Source: Saprolegnia diclina VS20 (lineage: Eukaryota). Taken from it: a DNA stretch of 64,000 bases. The notes below the pieces were generated by a model. It saw nothing but the letters and a program-made list of their open reading frames with translations, was not told the origin of the DNA and did not search any database. Below, in pieces: positions 23,635 to 36,317 of the stretch; the stretch's first letter is position 1; the number at the start of each line of letters is the position of its first letter. The position numbers were made by a program, and so were the translations under genes. Location of the stretch: NCBI RefSeq assembly GCF_000281045.1, contig NW_008246078.1, forward strand, positions 586,823-650,822, written 5' to 3'.

Positions 23635-24615
23635 GCTGCTGGTCTTATTGACGTCTTAGTCGGAAAGGCAAAGTGACTCGATCCACATCGACATCCCTTC
23701 GTCATCCGCGTGCTGTCCGGATACGAAGCGACCAATCATCGTGGATTGAATCTATAATCCGCCAATCGCACGCGCCACGGTGGCACAACCGTCATCAACG
23801 GCACCACGGAGTGTTTTTCACGTGTGAAAAATACCTGGTGGCAACACCACGCGGACGGTTCAACCGCATTTCTAAACCGGTTCAACAGCTCAGTGCGCTG
23901 TTGAACAACCACTTTTATCGGGGCAGGTAGCCAGCCCTGTGGGCTTGGCCAGTGCTCGAGCCTGTTCACTTAAGTACTGGTCTGCTGTCCTGTACGCTTT
24001 GGACCTTACACTGGCGACTCTGCGAGCGTTAAGTCTCTAGTGGCAGCGGAAAGGGCTGAGACCGCAGTGAAGAAGGGCACACATTGCTGCCCACCTGCAT
24101 TCTGCATTTTGGCGACCAAGCAACCTCATATATGAGCGGAACAGAGAAACGATAGCACTCGAGATGCACGTTGAGCGTTCGAGAAGGATGGGCGACGACG
24201 CCAGGAAGCCATGCGACCATGGCGCCACTGCGTTCGACTGCACCTTCCACCTCCAGAAGAGTACCCCGGCCTCGTACACGGTACGGCCCTTGCGTCGTAG
24301 AGGAATCGCTACACCATCTCCTCATAGTAGCACTCACAAAATCGTCCATCCATTTGCTCTGGGTTGTGCGCTTCTTCTGCTGGCAACCAAGCACAAACCG
24401 CACATGTAAATACCGAGCTTACTGTTAGTTGCTTTCTCGCCTCAGAACGGAATGATACCCTTCAAAGTACAGTTTGGTCTGCACAGATCCGGTCGATCGT
24501 ACCGCGGGTTTTGTCGGCAGTCGCAACGCATGGAGCAAGCATCAAAGCTACAAACTGTCGACACGATCGATTTTCGAACGAGAGAGTCAGAGAGGCTGGC
24601 GCTCGGACAAATCCC

Positions 24616-24756
24616 ATGCAAAGCTTGGAAGGTGCTACGAAGGACCTCGTCCGCAGGTCGTACGAGCAGCAGCGGAGGTCCCAGCCCCTCGGATATTATC
24701 TTGCAGCGTTCCCGCGCAACGCCATCAACTGGCCCTTTCTCGAGCCTCTTGGATGA
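24616..24756 (+). CDS. Possible small hypothetical protein (46 aa)
   Basis: MQSLEGATKDLVRRSYEQQRRSQPLGYYLAAFPRNAINWPFLEPLG has host-like codon use and is followed by a T-rich tract. May be the last exon of a larger gene. Confidence 0.3.
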   Translation: MQSLEGATKDLVRRSYEQQRRSQPLGYYLAAFPRNAINWPFLEPLG

Positions 24757-24997
24757 CTCTTTTTTTTTAATATATGTGTTCTAGTTGCGATTTGTATGAG
24801 ACATTGAATTCGCCAATAAAATGACATACGTGGCACACACAGACCGTCCTTCGAAGTTCGGCCAACTACGCATTACTTCGTGTCAACCGCCGCTGGCCAT
24901 TGGCTACTCGGAAGGCAACCTCGTTGACGTGTCCCAGCTCGCGCGAGATGAACTTGCTGCGCAGTCTCGCTTCCGCGTCCATCTACATACTTGCCGT

Positions 24998-25942
24998 ATG
25001 CTATCCTCGGGCTTCTCGTCGCTCGCCGCGTCGCTGGCGACCACCGCCAACATGGCGGCCTCGACGGCCCAGCTGCACGCCGCCGTCCTCTCGCACTCGG
25101 TGCACCTGCCCAAGCGCGTGAGCCAGCTCTGGTCGCACGTGGCCTACGAGTCGCAGCCCAGCGCGCTCTCCAAGGCGCCGTTGGACCTCGATGCAGCGCT
25201 GCGCACGGCCGTTGCGCGCAATTCACTCGAGACGCTCCGGCTGCTGCTCGACTATGGTGCCAACCTCCACGCGACCGACGCCGACGCGCACTCGATTCTG
25301 TACCTCGCTGCGTCGGCTGGCCACGCCGCCATGACAGCCGAGCTCCTCACGCGTGGTGCGCGTGCGACGCCCGAGATGCTCGAGGTGGCCATTGGCCGCC
25401 ACCATACGAACGTTGTCAAGCTCCTCGTGCCGCACGTAGCGCCGACACTTGTCCACGTCCACGACGCGATCGACGCCAACGCGCCACCTACGTTGGTCCA
25501 AATGCTTCTGACGACCATGGACGATGTCGATGCTATGATGAACAACATGTCGCCGCTCATGCGCGCTGCTTCCAAGGGCCACGCCCGCCTCTGCGACGTA
25601 CTCCTCGACGCCAACGCCGACGTCTTTGCCGAGAACGAGGATGGCGACACGGCCCTCCACTTTGCCTGCCGCGCCGGACATATGCATGCGACGTACGTGC
25701 TTCTCCAGGCCGGCGCCGACATGGACATGCCCAACGTCGATGACGAGTCGCCGTTCGAGGTGGCGTCGCCGCACCTGACGCCGCTCCTCGACTGCAACGG
25801 CGTCGTCGACGAAGCCATCGTGCTGCAATGGCAGCACCAACTCACGACCCGCGGGAGCATCATCCCCGCGGGCGTCCTCAAGAAGCGCGCCGCCAAGTAC
25901 GGCGACCTGCCACTCACTACGATTGCCGAAGAAGGCAACTAG
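24998..25942 (+). CDS. Ankyrin-repeat protein
   Basis: Repeats LLLDYGANLHATD, SPLMRAASKGH and GDTALHFACRAGH. Confidence 0.9.
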   Translation: MLSSGFSSLAASLATTANMAASTAQLHAAVLSHSVHLPKRVSQLWSHVAYESQPSALSKAPLDLDAALRTAVARNSLETLRLLLDYGANLHATDADAHSILYLAASAGHAAMTAELLTRGARATPEMLEVAIGRHHTNVVKLLVPHVAPTLVHVHDAIDANAPPTLVQMLLTTMDDVDAMMNNMSPLMRAASKGHARLCDVLLDANADVFAENEDGDTALHFACRAGHMHATYVLLQAGADMDMPNVDDESPFEVASPHLTPLLDCNGVVDEAIVLQWQHQLTTRGSIIPAGVLKKRAAKYGDLPLTTIAEEGN

Positions 25943-26582
25943 ACCGTGGACACGACTCGATTCACTGGACTCCAGTAGACAACCCCAACACCATTGCACG
26001 CGGTGCAAGGACACAATACCATCGTACTATGTAGACTATCTTCCGTCGTTGTACAGCCTTTTCCGCTTTTTTAATATAAGACACGACGCCCATCATGTCG
26101 GCTCGCTTGGTCATCGACGCGCCAGAAAGACATAATTCATCAAGTTTAGTACCCAGAGCGTCCGAGACACTGGATGGCATTTTGGAATGATACAAATTTT
26201 CTCTGGGTGGAAATATTTGCACAAAAAATCAGTTAAATCCAGCGAGCGAGTCGAACGTGATGGTTTTTGGCGCAGTCGCCAGTCGCCAGCGCGCTTCCAT
26301 TTTTTCACACGGCGCTACTGGGTGCAAAATAGGTCAGTGCAGCAACTCCCCTAACCTCCCCTAGCCCTAGTACCGGACCCACGCACAATACCGCGCCAAG
26401 ATGTACGGTGGCACGCATTTCGACACCCAAGTGCGAGTCAGAGTGCGAGCAGTCGGTACTGCAGGTAGCTGACTGACGATCTTTGGGTCGGTGGGTGCGC
26501 CGCTAACATGTACTAGAGACAATAATGAAAGATTTACTAAAAGGGGCCCTACCGACTCGGTAACTATATTCGGCTACTTCTA

Positions 26583-28340
26583 TCATCGCAGGGCGCTAAT
26601 CACTTGGCGAAGGTACGCGGCGACCGCGTCGTGCTCGTGCGCGGTGGCGTTGGTGAGGGCGTCGGCGAGAAGCGCGCAATGCGCTGCATCCTGCTCGATC
26701 AAGTAGCGGATGACCTTGGTTTGGCCGAGCCGCGCCGCATCCGGAAGGGCATTGAAGGACCCACCACGGACAAAGACGTGGCGGTGCAGCAGCTGGAGCA
26801 TCGCAAGGTGGCCGCGCCGGGCTGCGCCGTCCCACGCCTCCATCGAAGCGCCTTCTGTGCGATGCTGGATCAAAAACGATGCGACCTGCAGATGACCTTG
26901 ACGCGCCGCGCTGTCGAGCGCCTGTGTCGAGCACGGTGCCCCTGCCGCATGCAGCGCAGCGACGACACATATATGACCGCCCGCGGCGGCAGCATCCAAT
27001 GCTTTCACCGACAAACTTGATGGCGCCACGACGGCCAAGAGAACCTTGACGAGCGCGAGGTGTCCGTGTGCCGCCGCGCGTTCCAGTGCGATCGCTTGCG
27101 TCGACGCAGACACGCAAGGGGCGAGAAGCGCTTCGAGTACGGTATGCCCAGCTGTCACGGCCGCCACGTACGCCTTGTCGACGGGTAGCTGTGGCGCGGC
27201 CACCCGAAGCGCGTGTACGACCTCGATGTGGCCCTTGGCCGCGGCCGCCACGAGTGCAGTGTCCGTGACAAGCGACGGCGCTCGCTTCAAAAGCATTGCC
27301 AAAAGATCGCCATGGCCGTGGCGCGCCGCTTCGGTGATGGCGGCGGCGCTAAAGGTCGCGTCATCCTGAGCGAGGAGTAGTGACACAATCCCGCGATGGC
27401 CGTTGGCCGCTGCATAGTCGATACCGTCGGCTAGCACCGCTGATGGCGCCGACACGTAAAGATACCGCACCATCTCGAGGTGGCCGTTCGCACTGGCCAT
27501 GCGAAGCGCGCTCGGCGAGCACAGAATGTTGGGCTGGTGGGCGTGGAGATACTGCGCGACAGCCAAGTGCCCGTTGGCTGCCGCCCCGTCCAGGGCTTTA
27601 CGGGACCAGCCCTCAGTGCGGACCGCGTGCAGATACGAGAGGGTGGCAAGGTGGCCGTGCGTCGCAGCGAGGTCCAAGGCCGCGCTGGTCGCACGGTAGC
27701 CGTGGCCATGCAAGTACCGGACAACGTCCAGATGGCCATGCATCGCAGCCTTGTCCAGCGCGCGCGACGCCCGCAGGTCGAGCTGGCTGCGCGTGTGGAG
27801 GAAGCATACAATATCGAAGTGACCGGCCGCGGCCGCGGCCTCGAGCGCGGTCGGTACAGACGACAGGCAGACGGGGAGTAGCAACGGGACGAGCGCGCGA
27901 TGGCCATGGTCGGCAGCCAGCACGAGACCTTCACGCGGCGTGCTTTGCGCTTCCAGCAAGAGATGCACGAGCGACACGTGGTTGCAAGCGGCGGCGAGAT
28001 CGAGGAGCCGCCCGCGTAGCTTGGCGCTGGGTTGGGCGTGCGCGAGAAAGGCCGCAAGCGTCGCTTCATGGCCAATGCAGCATGCGTGCGCCGCGACGAG
28101 CACGTGAAGATGCGGCTGGCACGCCAAGAGCCTCCTCGGGTCGTCAAGGACGGGCGCCACGTCCTCGCCGAGCTGGCAAAGCGTCGCGACCGAGACGGCG
28201 ATCTTTGTACGGTACAAGACGCTGGGCAAGAAGGGAATGGCGTTGAGCAGCGACGCGGCGCGCAATAGAGATGGGTAGACGCCGTCCTGGAAAGAACTCA
28301 CGAGATGCAAGAGGTCGCGGTTGACAAGCACAGCCGCCAT
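26583..28340 (-). CDS. Ankyrin-repeat protein of the expanded oomycete 'ALDxAAxxGHLxVVxYLH' type
   Basis: More than ten degenerate ankyrin repeats and N-terminal 'AVLVNRDLLHLVSSFQDG'. Single exon. Confidence 0.9.
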   Translation of the reverse strand: MAAVLVNRDLLHLVSSFQDGVYPSLLRAASLLNAIPFLPSVLYRTKIAVSVATLCQLGEDVAPVLDDPRRLLACQPHLHVLVAAHACCIGHEATLAAFLAHAQPSAKLRGRLLDLAAACNHVSLVHLLLEAQSTPREGLVLAADHGHRALVPLLLPVCLSSVPTALEAAAAAGHFDIVCFLHTRSQLDLRASRALDKAAMHGHLDVVRYLHGHGYRATSAALDLAATHGHLATLSYLHAVRTEGWSRKALDGAAANGHLAVAQYLHAHQPNILCSPSALRMASANGHLEMVRYLYVSAPSAVLADGIDYAAANGHRGIVSLLLAQDDATFSAAAITEAARHGHGDLLAMLLKRAPSLVTDTALVAAAAKGHIEVVHALRVAAPQLPVDKAYVAAVTAGHTVLEALLAPCVSASTQAIALERAAAHGHLALVKVLLAVVAPSSLSVKALDAAAAGGHICVVAALHAAGAPCSTQALDSAARQGHLQVASFLIQHRTEGASMEAWDGAARRGHLAMLQLLHRHVFVRGGSFNALPDAARLGQTKVIRYLIEQDAAHCALLADALTNATAHEHDAVAAYLRQVISALR

Positions 28341-28951
28341 GCTAGAAGCCGTGAAATCGGCAAGTGATCGCTGTGCAGCTGGTCCGCGGATCCGACGACG
28401 AAGGTCAATGTACTTTTTAAGGGAATAGGATGAAATGAAAGCGACGTGATTGGCTAGCACATGAAAGAAGATCCAGATGTTACGGCACCATTCCCGCAGT
28501 CCACGACACACGCTTGTCGGCGCGAACGCCAGCGCTGGCGACCGACAGCGTACCCTCATCATCCTCTCGTCGACAAGACGACGCAACTCGTCCGCGCGTC
28601 CGGCGGCGTCTATCCGGCGGCGTCGCTCATGCGGACGTGCTCGCAGCTATCAGAACTAATCGCTGCGAATGATAGCTGACTAAATATCGAGCAAAATTTG
28701 TCGACCAATGCAAAGGAACGTGCGAGCCAATCACTTCCGCCATGGGATAAGGTAATTCTTCCCTCATTTATCATGGTTTAGCTTCAAGTTGCCGTTGGTC
28801 GAAGCCTTGCGCTCGGAATAATTTTGGGCCAAGATCCAAACATGCAAAGGCAGGTTTCGACGAGCGAGGACTGTTGGCGTTGCAGTGTCGCGACGCCGAC
28901 AAATTGCAGAGATGCGGCGGCTGATACGAGTTAATGACACTTAGCGACGGA

Positions 28952-31088
28952 CTAGACGAACGAGCCTTTGCGACCGTCGACGACAGTAGGTTCGTCATTG
29001 CCGAGCCAAAAGCGAACGCAGTTGCGGACGACGCCATAGTCGAAGGGGTTGTAAAAGGCGTCGGATTCGTCCTTGAGGTACGCGTACTTGTCCTTATTGA
29101 ACACTTCGTTGGTCGTCAAGCTCTGTGCAATGTTGCGCAGCTGGAGCCTACATCTCTGTTTCTCAGTTTTTTTCAAAACAAAAAAGGACGCACCCGAGGA
29201 GGATCGAAGTCGGGACCCCAAACGTCATGGCGAGCACGAAGATGTAAATGTGCACCAGCTGGAGCGTGTAGCCAACGTGGGTTTCCCGGAACGTCGAGAC
29301 CCACAATGGCTCGTACTTGTGCCACGCCGCGAGAACCGGCGCGTCCGGTACCTAATGTTCGTCTTCGTAATCTATCAATGTATCGAGTGCCAGCGTACCA
29401 GCGGGCAGCAGCCAATCAAGATGAGCCCGGACGCGGCCGCGAGCAGCCAGCAGAGCGCACTGAGGCAAAAGAGGAACGCAAGGAAGCTGCGGTGGTTGTG
29501 CTTGCCGATGCAATTGTTGATCCACCTACCTCATGCAATGTCAGCCATTTCGAAAAATAATAGAAAAAATAATATGACGGGCAGTGGTGGTCGAAGCGGG
29601 ACACACAGCGCTGGCACGTCGAGCAGTGCTTGGAGCGTATCGGCTTGAGAGTCACGCACGTCGGGCACGGCGATACGTCCGAGTCAAAGGCGAGCAGCGA
29701 GTACGCCGGCACGGCCGACTTGGGAATGAACCTAGTATACACCATGACACATGGTCATCCTGCGCGTCATTTGTACCCCGGGTCAGCAAGCCACACGTGG
29801 GTGTATAGAGCGCACGTCGCCAATAACAGCAGCACCGTGGCGTGCAGCATCAGCTCGGGGTACGCCATGCTTGGCAGACCAAAGCAGATGCCCAGAAAAG
29901 CTGTCGAGAGCAAGAACGTCCAGAAGAAGGCTACCGTGCCGCCGTTCGTCGAGATGTACGCGATCCAGCGGTCGTTCTTGCCCGTGCTGAGCGCGTGCAT
30001 GGCCTCGCGGTTGCTCGCTTGTTTGGCGATCGTGAGCGCGGACCGGCCTTTTCGGTCGTGCGGCTCGAGCGGTGCTCCTACATAGCGAGTGACTTCCAGC
30101 TACGTCGCTTGGACAATGCAAGGTGGGTGACGACCTTCGATGACGAGCTGCTTGACAAGAAAGGCGTCGTTGAGGGCCGCCGCAATCATGAGCGATGTCT
30201 GGCCCTGCGAGTCTTGGATACTCATGTCGGCGCCTTGCCCGACGAGCAGGAGCGCAGCGTACTGGAAGCCTTCGTACACCGCCCAGTGCAGTGGCGTCGC
30301 GCCCCGATGGTCGAGCTCGTTGACGTTGGCGCCGCGGCAGAGGTACAGACTAATGTTACCGGCTTGGCCCGCGCTGGAAGCGTAGTGCAGCGGTGTCATC
30401 CCTACAGTATCATATGGTATTGCGTGGCGACAGGACCGAGCGTACCGGTCGAGTTGCGCTTGGCGAGCGAGGCTTGCGCGTCCAAGAGCAGCGTCGCACA
30501 CGCGACGGACTGCGAGAGCATGAGCGCTGTCGCGTTGTGGCGCTCGGGCCCCGCGGGGCTGTCGACAAGGTCGAGCATGCCATGCCGCTCCATGACGTCG
30601 ACGAGGTGCTGGACGACCAGCGTCTGGTCGTAAAACGCAGCCATCGCGAGGCCGTGCATGTGGTACTTGGGGTGCTGCGCCGTCAAGAGCGCGCGCAGCG
30701 CATGCGAGTCGGCCATGCTCAGCACGAAGCGCGGGACCTGAAACATATCGCCGGCCAAACAGGCGTCGAGGAAGAGCAGGTGCGTCTGCGTGGCGTCGTG
30801 CGACGCCGAGTCCTCCAGGAGCATGCACATCTCATCGTCGCCGTCGTCGATAAAGTGAATCGAGTCGCGTGCGACTTGCTGTGGTGAGCCCTCGGGCTCC
30901 TTGACCGGCGACTGGTACTGGTGGCCATCGTAGCAAGCCGTTTCGAGCGTGTGGGGGCTGCACGCATGGTAGCTGCCGGCCACGGGCGTCCGGGGCGAGC
31001 TGCTGCGCGAGACAAGTGGCGTCCGCTCGGTCGGTATGTCGACGGATACGCCGTTGCCCGGCGACTCGGCGCGGAGGACGTCCATCAT
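28952..31088 (-). CDS. Ankyrin-repeat DHHC palmitoyltransferase (Akr1/ZDHHC13-17-like), multi-exon
   Basis: Ankyrin motifs GMTPLHYAS and [46 protein letters not shown], followed by TTNE and NPFD motifs. Confidence 0.93.
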
Positions 31089-32247
31089 GCGCGGCCGTGG
31101 GATGGAGCCGAGCTACAGCGAAGGAGCTGCTTGTCTCGAAATGGCTTTTGGTTCAAGCATCCGGGAAATCCTTGCTATCCGGATGCGACGGCGCTAAACG
31201 CACGCAACTTAAGCAAACTCAGCCCTGTCTTTGGCGCGCGTTTGGCTCTCGGGTGCATCTACGTTGATGGCGTCCCTAGTCGTGCACAAGGTTCCTGCTG
31301 GTGCAAGCTTGTTGGCTGCGTATTTTTCATTTTCATTTGTCATTCTGGCCGCGACAACATAATATCATCTTTTACGACTCTCAACACTCGGCATTCATAC
31401 TGAGCCTGGTGCTGGGGCACATCGACGACGTCTAGCCCACATATATGCAATTGTCGACTGCCTGCTAGTGTGTCGTCCGTGTTGGCCAGGCGGGTGCACG
31501 CTGTTAAAGCCACTTGCCGCTGTATTGTTGGGTGTTTTTAGACGTGGGACACTATTGAAGGGAGGTTGAACTCGACGCATCCTCGTCCGCAGTGACGAGT
31601 GGTCGACGCGGTCTCATACAACTTTGCACTAGAAGTCTACCCTCGTAGATACCATAGAAATGACAGTTAGTGTTGCGTGGGGTAGGTAATTTCCTGCCGC
31701 CCAGGCGCTATTATAATACCAAGCAAGTTTCGCGATGATGACGCCCGATGGTCAGTAACGTGCTGCAACGCGTCTCTCCAGCTGATTCTCTGTGCTAAAA
31801 TGCAAGAACCTTTGGTAAAATGGCGGTGTATGCTGCACAAGCGGGAAGAAAGTAGAGCAGTTTTACATTTTGTTAGTCAACTCCACACGAATAGTTTACT
31901 GTCGTGGACAAAGAGGAAGTAGTTTGTGAGGTGGCGCCATCCGTCCGCTCTCGGGTGCTGTGGTTAGGGTATCGCAGCCTGTCATTGGTTCATTTGAGAT
32001 TGCACTTTTTTGGCCAATCCGAATGGTTTCGCAAAGTGTTCATTGCGAGGATTGGTCGCAATCCTACGAAATCCATGGCCTTTCAGCCAATCTATGTTTG
32101 CCTTTCAAATGCACGACAAGATATGCATCATCGGGTTGGCTAGTGTACACGCTCGTTTCGCAACAAGTGTCGTACGTATATGTGTAAATGACCCGAAAAT
32201 CAACAGTAGAATACGAATAATATAGGATGATAGCAATGCTAGGACGA

Positions 32248-33053
32248 CTACAACTGACGGACAAAGACGCTCGACACATTGTCGTCGATCTCGCAACTCG
32301 AGCATACGGTGTCGGCCAAGTGTCGTTGGCGGTGCTGAGCTCGCGCCACCTTTCGCGATCGCCACACACAGCCGATAGCGCCGGCGACAACAGCCAGCGC
32401 CACCACCACAGCAACGAGCAAGAGTCGGTCTACACCCTGCATGTCAATTCCGGACACAGATATGTGACGTTACCTGCGGGGGAGGTATCGTCGTCATCAT
32501 GACGAGTTTGCGTCGCCGGCCCAACGCTGTCGTTCAGAAGCAAACACGCAGCACCACGAGGCGTAATGGCGCCCATGTCACACGCCACGTCGGCGGCAGT
32601 CGCAGGCAAGAAGAGCAAACGGAGTGCTGCGTTGCAGTCTGCGATCGAGTTGAACACCGCCCCTTGAACGACGCGGCTGCCACACGCCATGTGGCTGGGC
32701 GACCACGTTGCATTCTGCAAGGTGCAGCTCCACGTGATGGGACTCTCCGCCAGGGCTGGGCAGCTGTAGAGCGCGGACGCTGCGCGTTGACACCAATCGA
32801 ACGGTTCGTCAACGGTGGTGCACGCGGTGGTCGTTGTTGTCACGTTCGTGTTGCTGCGCTCGAGCAGCGGCAAGAGATCGGCGATTTGGCTCGCTGTGAC
32901 GCAGCCGTCTCTCGCGAGGCATTCCGGTAGCCCCGAGGACGACGATTGTCGCACGAGAAGGTAGCTGCTGTTGAACGAGAGTGCGCGCCACGAGTCTGCT
33001 GCGTGCGCAAGAGGCAATAGAAGCAAAAACAGGTAGAAGGGAAGTGGCGCCAT
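32248..33053 (-). CDS. Type I membrane protein with Cys-rich ectodomain, 2 exons
   Basis: Signal peptide MAPLPFYLFLLLLPLAHA. An intron near 32439-32475 joins to TM segment LLLVAVVVALAVVAGAIGCVW followed by basic RSRK. Confidence 0.7.
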
Positions 33054-33563
33054 GTCGAGAGCGATTTGGATTGTGACGGACCCTTCGTGCCAGTCTCAAG
33101 CTTGCTAAGAGTGGGATACATCGGATGAGTTGCTTTGTGAGCGGTCGTCGTTCCAGTCCACTGGACGTTTGTATGTCGGTGACTGTAGTAAGCTTCGTTG
33201 GTCCTCTTGGGTGAGCTTTCTGAGTCTTTTGGCGGGCAAGCGCAACTAAGATCTATTGCCAATGGACCGAGGTCACGCTTTGAGGCCACCTTGGCGACGA
33301 GTTAAACTGGCAGAGCGAGGTTAGCTACGCTCGATCTCAGACCATGGACTTGCATCATCGCTCGCGTTTCCGTGCGAGCTAGTTAGTAGCTCGTAGCTAC
33401 CGTCGTGAGCCGTGCACAGACAGACTCCGCTGCCACCTCAACTACTACGAAGAACCACTCCATGCACCCACCGTGGCACCAGTATATTCTCACGTGTATT
33501 CAGCCAATGGCTTCCATATTCAGATTCAGATTCAGTGTCGGTGTGCCAGCGCTGATCACGTTT

Positions 33564-34558
33564 TCATAGAATAATTGACATGACTTGCGACGTCTCGGAG
33601 CTCGCGCTGCTGCTGCCGCTGCTGTGGCGGCTACCGACAAAGTGCTCCATCGCCGGTGGATGGCCGCGCAAGTCGCGCCGCAGGTCGTCCAAGAGCGTGC
33701 TCAACCCTTCGATGGTCACGTCGGGTTTTTTCCTATTCGGCTCGACAAGGAGGTGCGCGACCGAGTGCACAACGTGCGTCATGAGTTCGCACGCGAGCCG
33801 GCGCTTGGGCGTCGAGGACGCAATGTCCCGGGGCTTGACTTGGACAAGTTTGCCCTTGGCAATGTCGAGAATCGACAGAATCGACTCGAGCTTGACCGTG
33901 TGTTTAACTACGAAATGCAGTCGTGCCAACGCAACAGTAGGATCGCAGTACCTTTTGTGGGTGTCATGGACGTCTCGGGGTCGACGTGGAACTCCTTGCA
34001 CTCGTCAATGACGGGCGGGCACCACTTGCACTTGAGGCAGCGCACGCACTTGCCGCGGTGCGTCTTCTTGTGGTGGTGTTCCTCGTTCTCGCACAAGAGC
34101 ACTAGACAATATTGTTTGTACTACGATCGTGGTGCTGGATGATAGCTAGTATACCTTTGGCACGCGGCGCGCGCGTCTTGTTGGTCATCGGCCGCAGCAC
34201 GCGGTGGTTGGCCGCGCACTCGTCGGCGCCGGCAGGGCAGAAGCGACAGACGCCGCAGACCGTGCACTTGGCGGTCTTTTGCCGGACGTGTTCTGCGTCC
34301 ACGCACTTGACTAATCGATCAAGGTGGTAAACAGCAGCCTTGGCAACGACTACCTTTTTTCGCGTAGACTTGGCGGCGCTGCGGTGGGCCGAGCTTGGCC
34401 CTCTTCGCCTTGGGCGAGCCGTCGTCGCCAAGGTCGTCCTTGGCGTCCTGGCCATCGCCGTCGTCATCGTCGTCTTCCTCGAGCGCTAGCGCCTCAACGT
34501 ACGACGTGGGGGCGGCCGGCTCGGTCTCAAAGTACTGCTTCGGGTCAAGCGATTCCAT
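33564..34558 (-). CDS. Hypothetical protein with two Cys/His-rich repeats, paralogue A (4 exons)
   Basis: Acidic N-terminus, basic NLS-like PKAKRAK, two C-x4-H-x7/9-C-x2-C-x2-C-x2-C-x6-C-x3-H units and a helical C-terminal domain. Confidence 0.78.
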
Positions 34559-34997
34559 CTCCGAATTCCGGACCGGCAAAGTGGTGTGCACGGCCAAAAA
34601 GCCGGAGTTGAATGTTTATCATATTAATATACACCCTGTCGTTGAAAACTATTTAAATTATCACGATTTGAATATGGAATTTAAAAGATTTGACAAACGT
34701 GCGGTATATAAATGAGTAAAACAATATACACTGGTTGCCTGGTCGCCCGGACATGAAAAACAGCCAATCCAATGCGCTCTTTTCAAATGATGCGATTTTA
34801 TTGGCTGAAATGGACCACCTTGCTGCAACAAGATCGCCATGCGAGTTTGCACTTTCTGCTGAGGGACAGCTCGGTAGCACCTTGGTTTCGCATAGAATGC
34901 AATAGTGTACATTGTGCAGTAGGGTTGTGGAAGATATCGGCCGTCGCTACTGTCCCTAAAGTCGGGTTATTTTGGCGGCGAACAAGATAAAAGGTCG

Positions 34998-35955
34998 TTA
35001 AATGTTGAACGCTAAATGGTGGCTTTCGCCGTCCGTCGAAAGATCTACAGTCTGCGAGGTAGCCTGGAGCGCCTCCATCGATACGTCGTCTGGATGCGGC
35101 TGGAGAATGGGGTTGGCTTCGAGCTCGGCCGCGAGATCGTCGAGGAGCTGGGCGACCGCGGCGCCTCCGTCGGCCTTGTCCGACTCGACAACAAGGTCGG
35201 CGATGAGGTGTACGATTTGCCGCAATAGGTCGCTCGCCTGTCGCCGTTTGATCGTAGGTCCGTGGAGGTCCTTGGCCTTGATGATCTGCGCCTTGTGTTC
35301 GTCGACGCCAAGGATCGCGAGGAGCGACTCGAGGCGCGCCGTCTTTTCTTGGCGTTCGACTACGATGGCATATAAGAACAGGCAACTTCGTCTGGCGACG
35401 GTATACCCGAACATGGTGTCGTGCACGTCTCGGGGTCGACATGGAACTCCTTGCACTCGTCAACGAGCGGCGGGCACCACTTGCACTTGAGGCAGCGCTC
35501 GCAGCGGCCGCGGTGCGTCTTCTTCTGGTGGTGCTCTTCGTCGTCACAGAGGTACACTAGTTGGCACTGCGTGAGCGTGGGACCAGCGACTTGTCGTGTG
35601 CACCTTTGGCTCGGGGCGGGCGGCTGCGCTGGATCATCGGCCGCAAGACGCGGTGGTTGGCAAAACACTCGTCGCGGCCGGCGGGGCAGAAGCGGCAGAT
35701 GGCGCAGACCGCGCACTTGGCGGTCTTTTGCCGCATGTGCTCCGGGTCCAGGCATTGCACTACGTCATGACATGCAGCGTCCATGGCGCAAGCAGCATGT
35801 CTACCTCGCTTGGGCGGGCCATGGGCGTCGTGGAAGGGCGTCGTCTTGGGCCGCTTCGGCGCATGCTCGTGCAGCGCGCTCTCGTCGCCAAAGGCGGCGT
35901 CGAGTGGTAACGGGCCCAAGTCCGGCTTCAGCAATTCGGAGGCTCGCGGGTCCAT
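34998..35955 (-). CDS. Hypothetical protein with two Cys/His-rich repeats, paralogue B (tandem duplicate)
   Basis: Same motifs (RQKTAKCAVCAICRFCPAGRDEC; KKTHRGRCERCLKCKWCPPLVDECKEFH), NLS-like PKRPK, and similar intron positions to paralogue A. Confidence 0.78.
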
Positions 35956-36317
35956 GATGCCGGTCCTCGGTTCCGGACGCGTTCGTGGCAGCTCCGAAAT
36001 GCGTTCCGTATTTAAAATGTACGGGCAATATTATAAAATAGCAATCTATTTGTATGACATTGGCGAAACTATATAATATATTTTGCAGTCCTTGGTTTTT
36101 AATGTGCGCGATGACAATTGGTGCAAATACAGGAGTTTCAAGCCATTTGATTGGGTATTCTCGCAAAAAGGTGGTAGACCACAACGAGTTCGCGGTGGAT
36201 CGATCCAGATCCAAATCAAGATTAGGATGCACATAAGTGACACATGTCTGGTTTACTAGTAGGTATTTAGTTATCAAAAAGTCAAAAATGAAATATCGGA
36301 CGTGGCGCAATTCACTC

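Noticed and set aside
26348..26372. ccctaacc/ccctag telomere-like hexamers
   Set aside because: Only 2-3 imperfect units; expected by chance.
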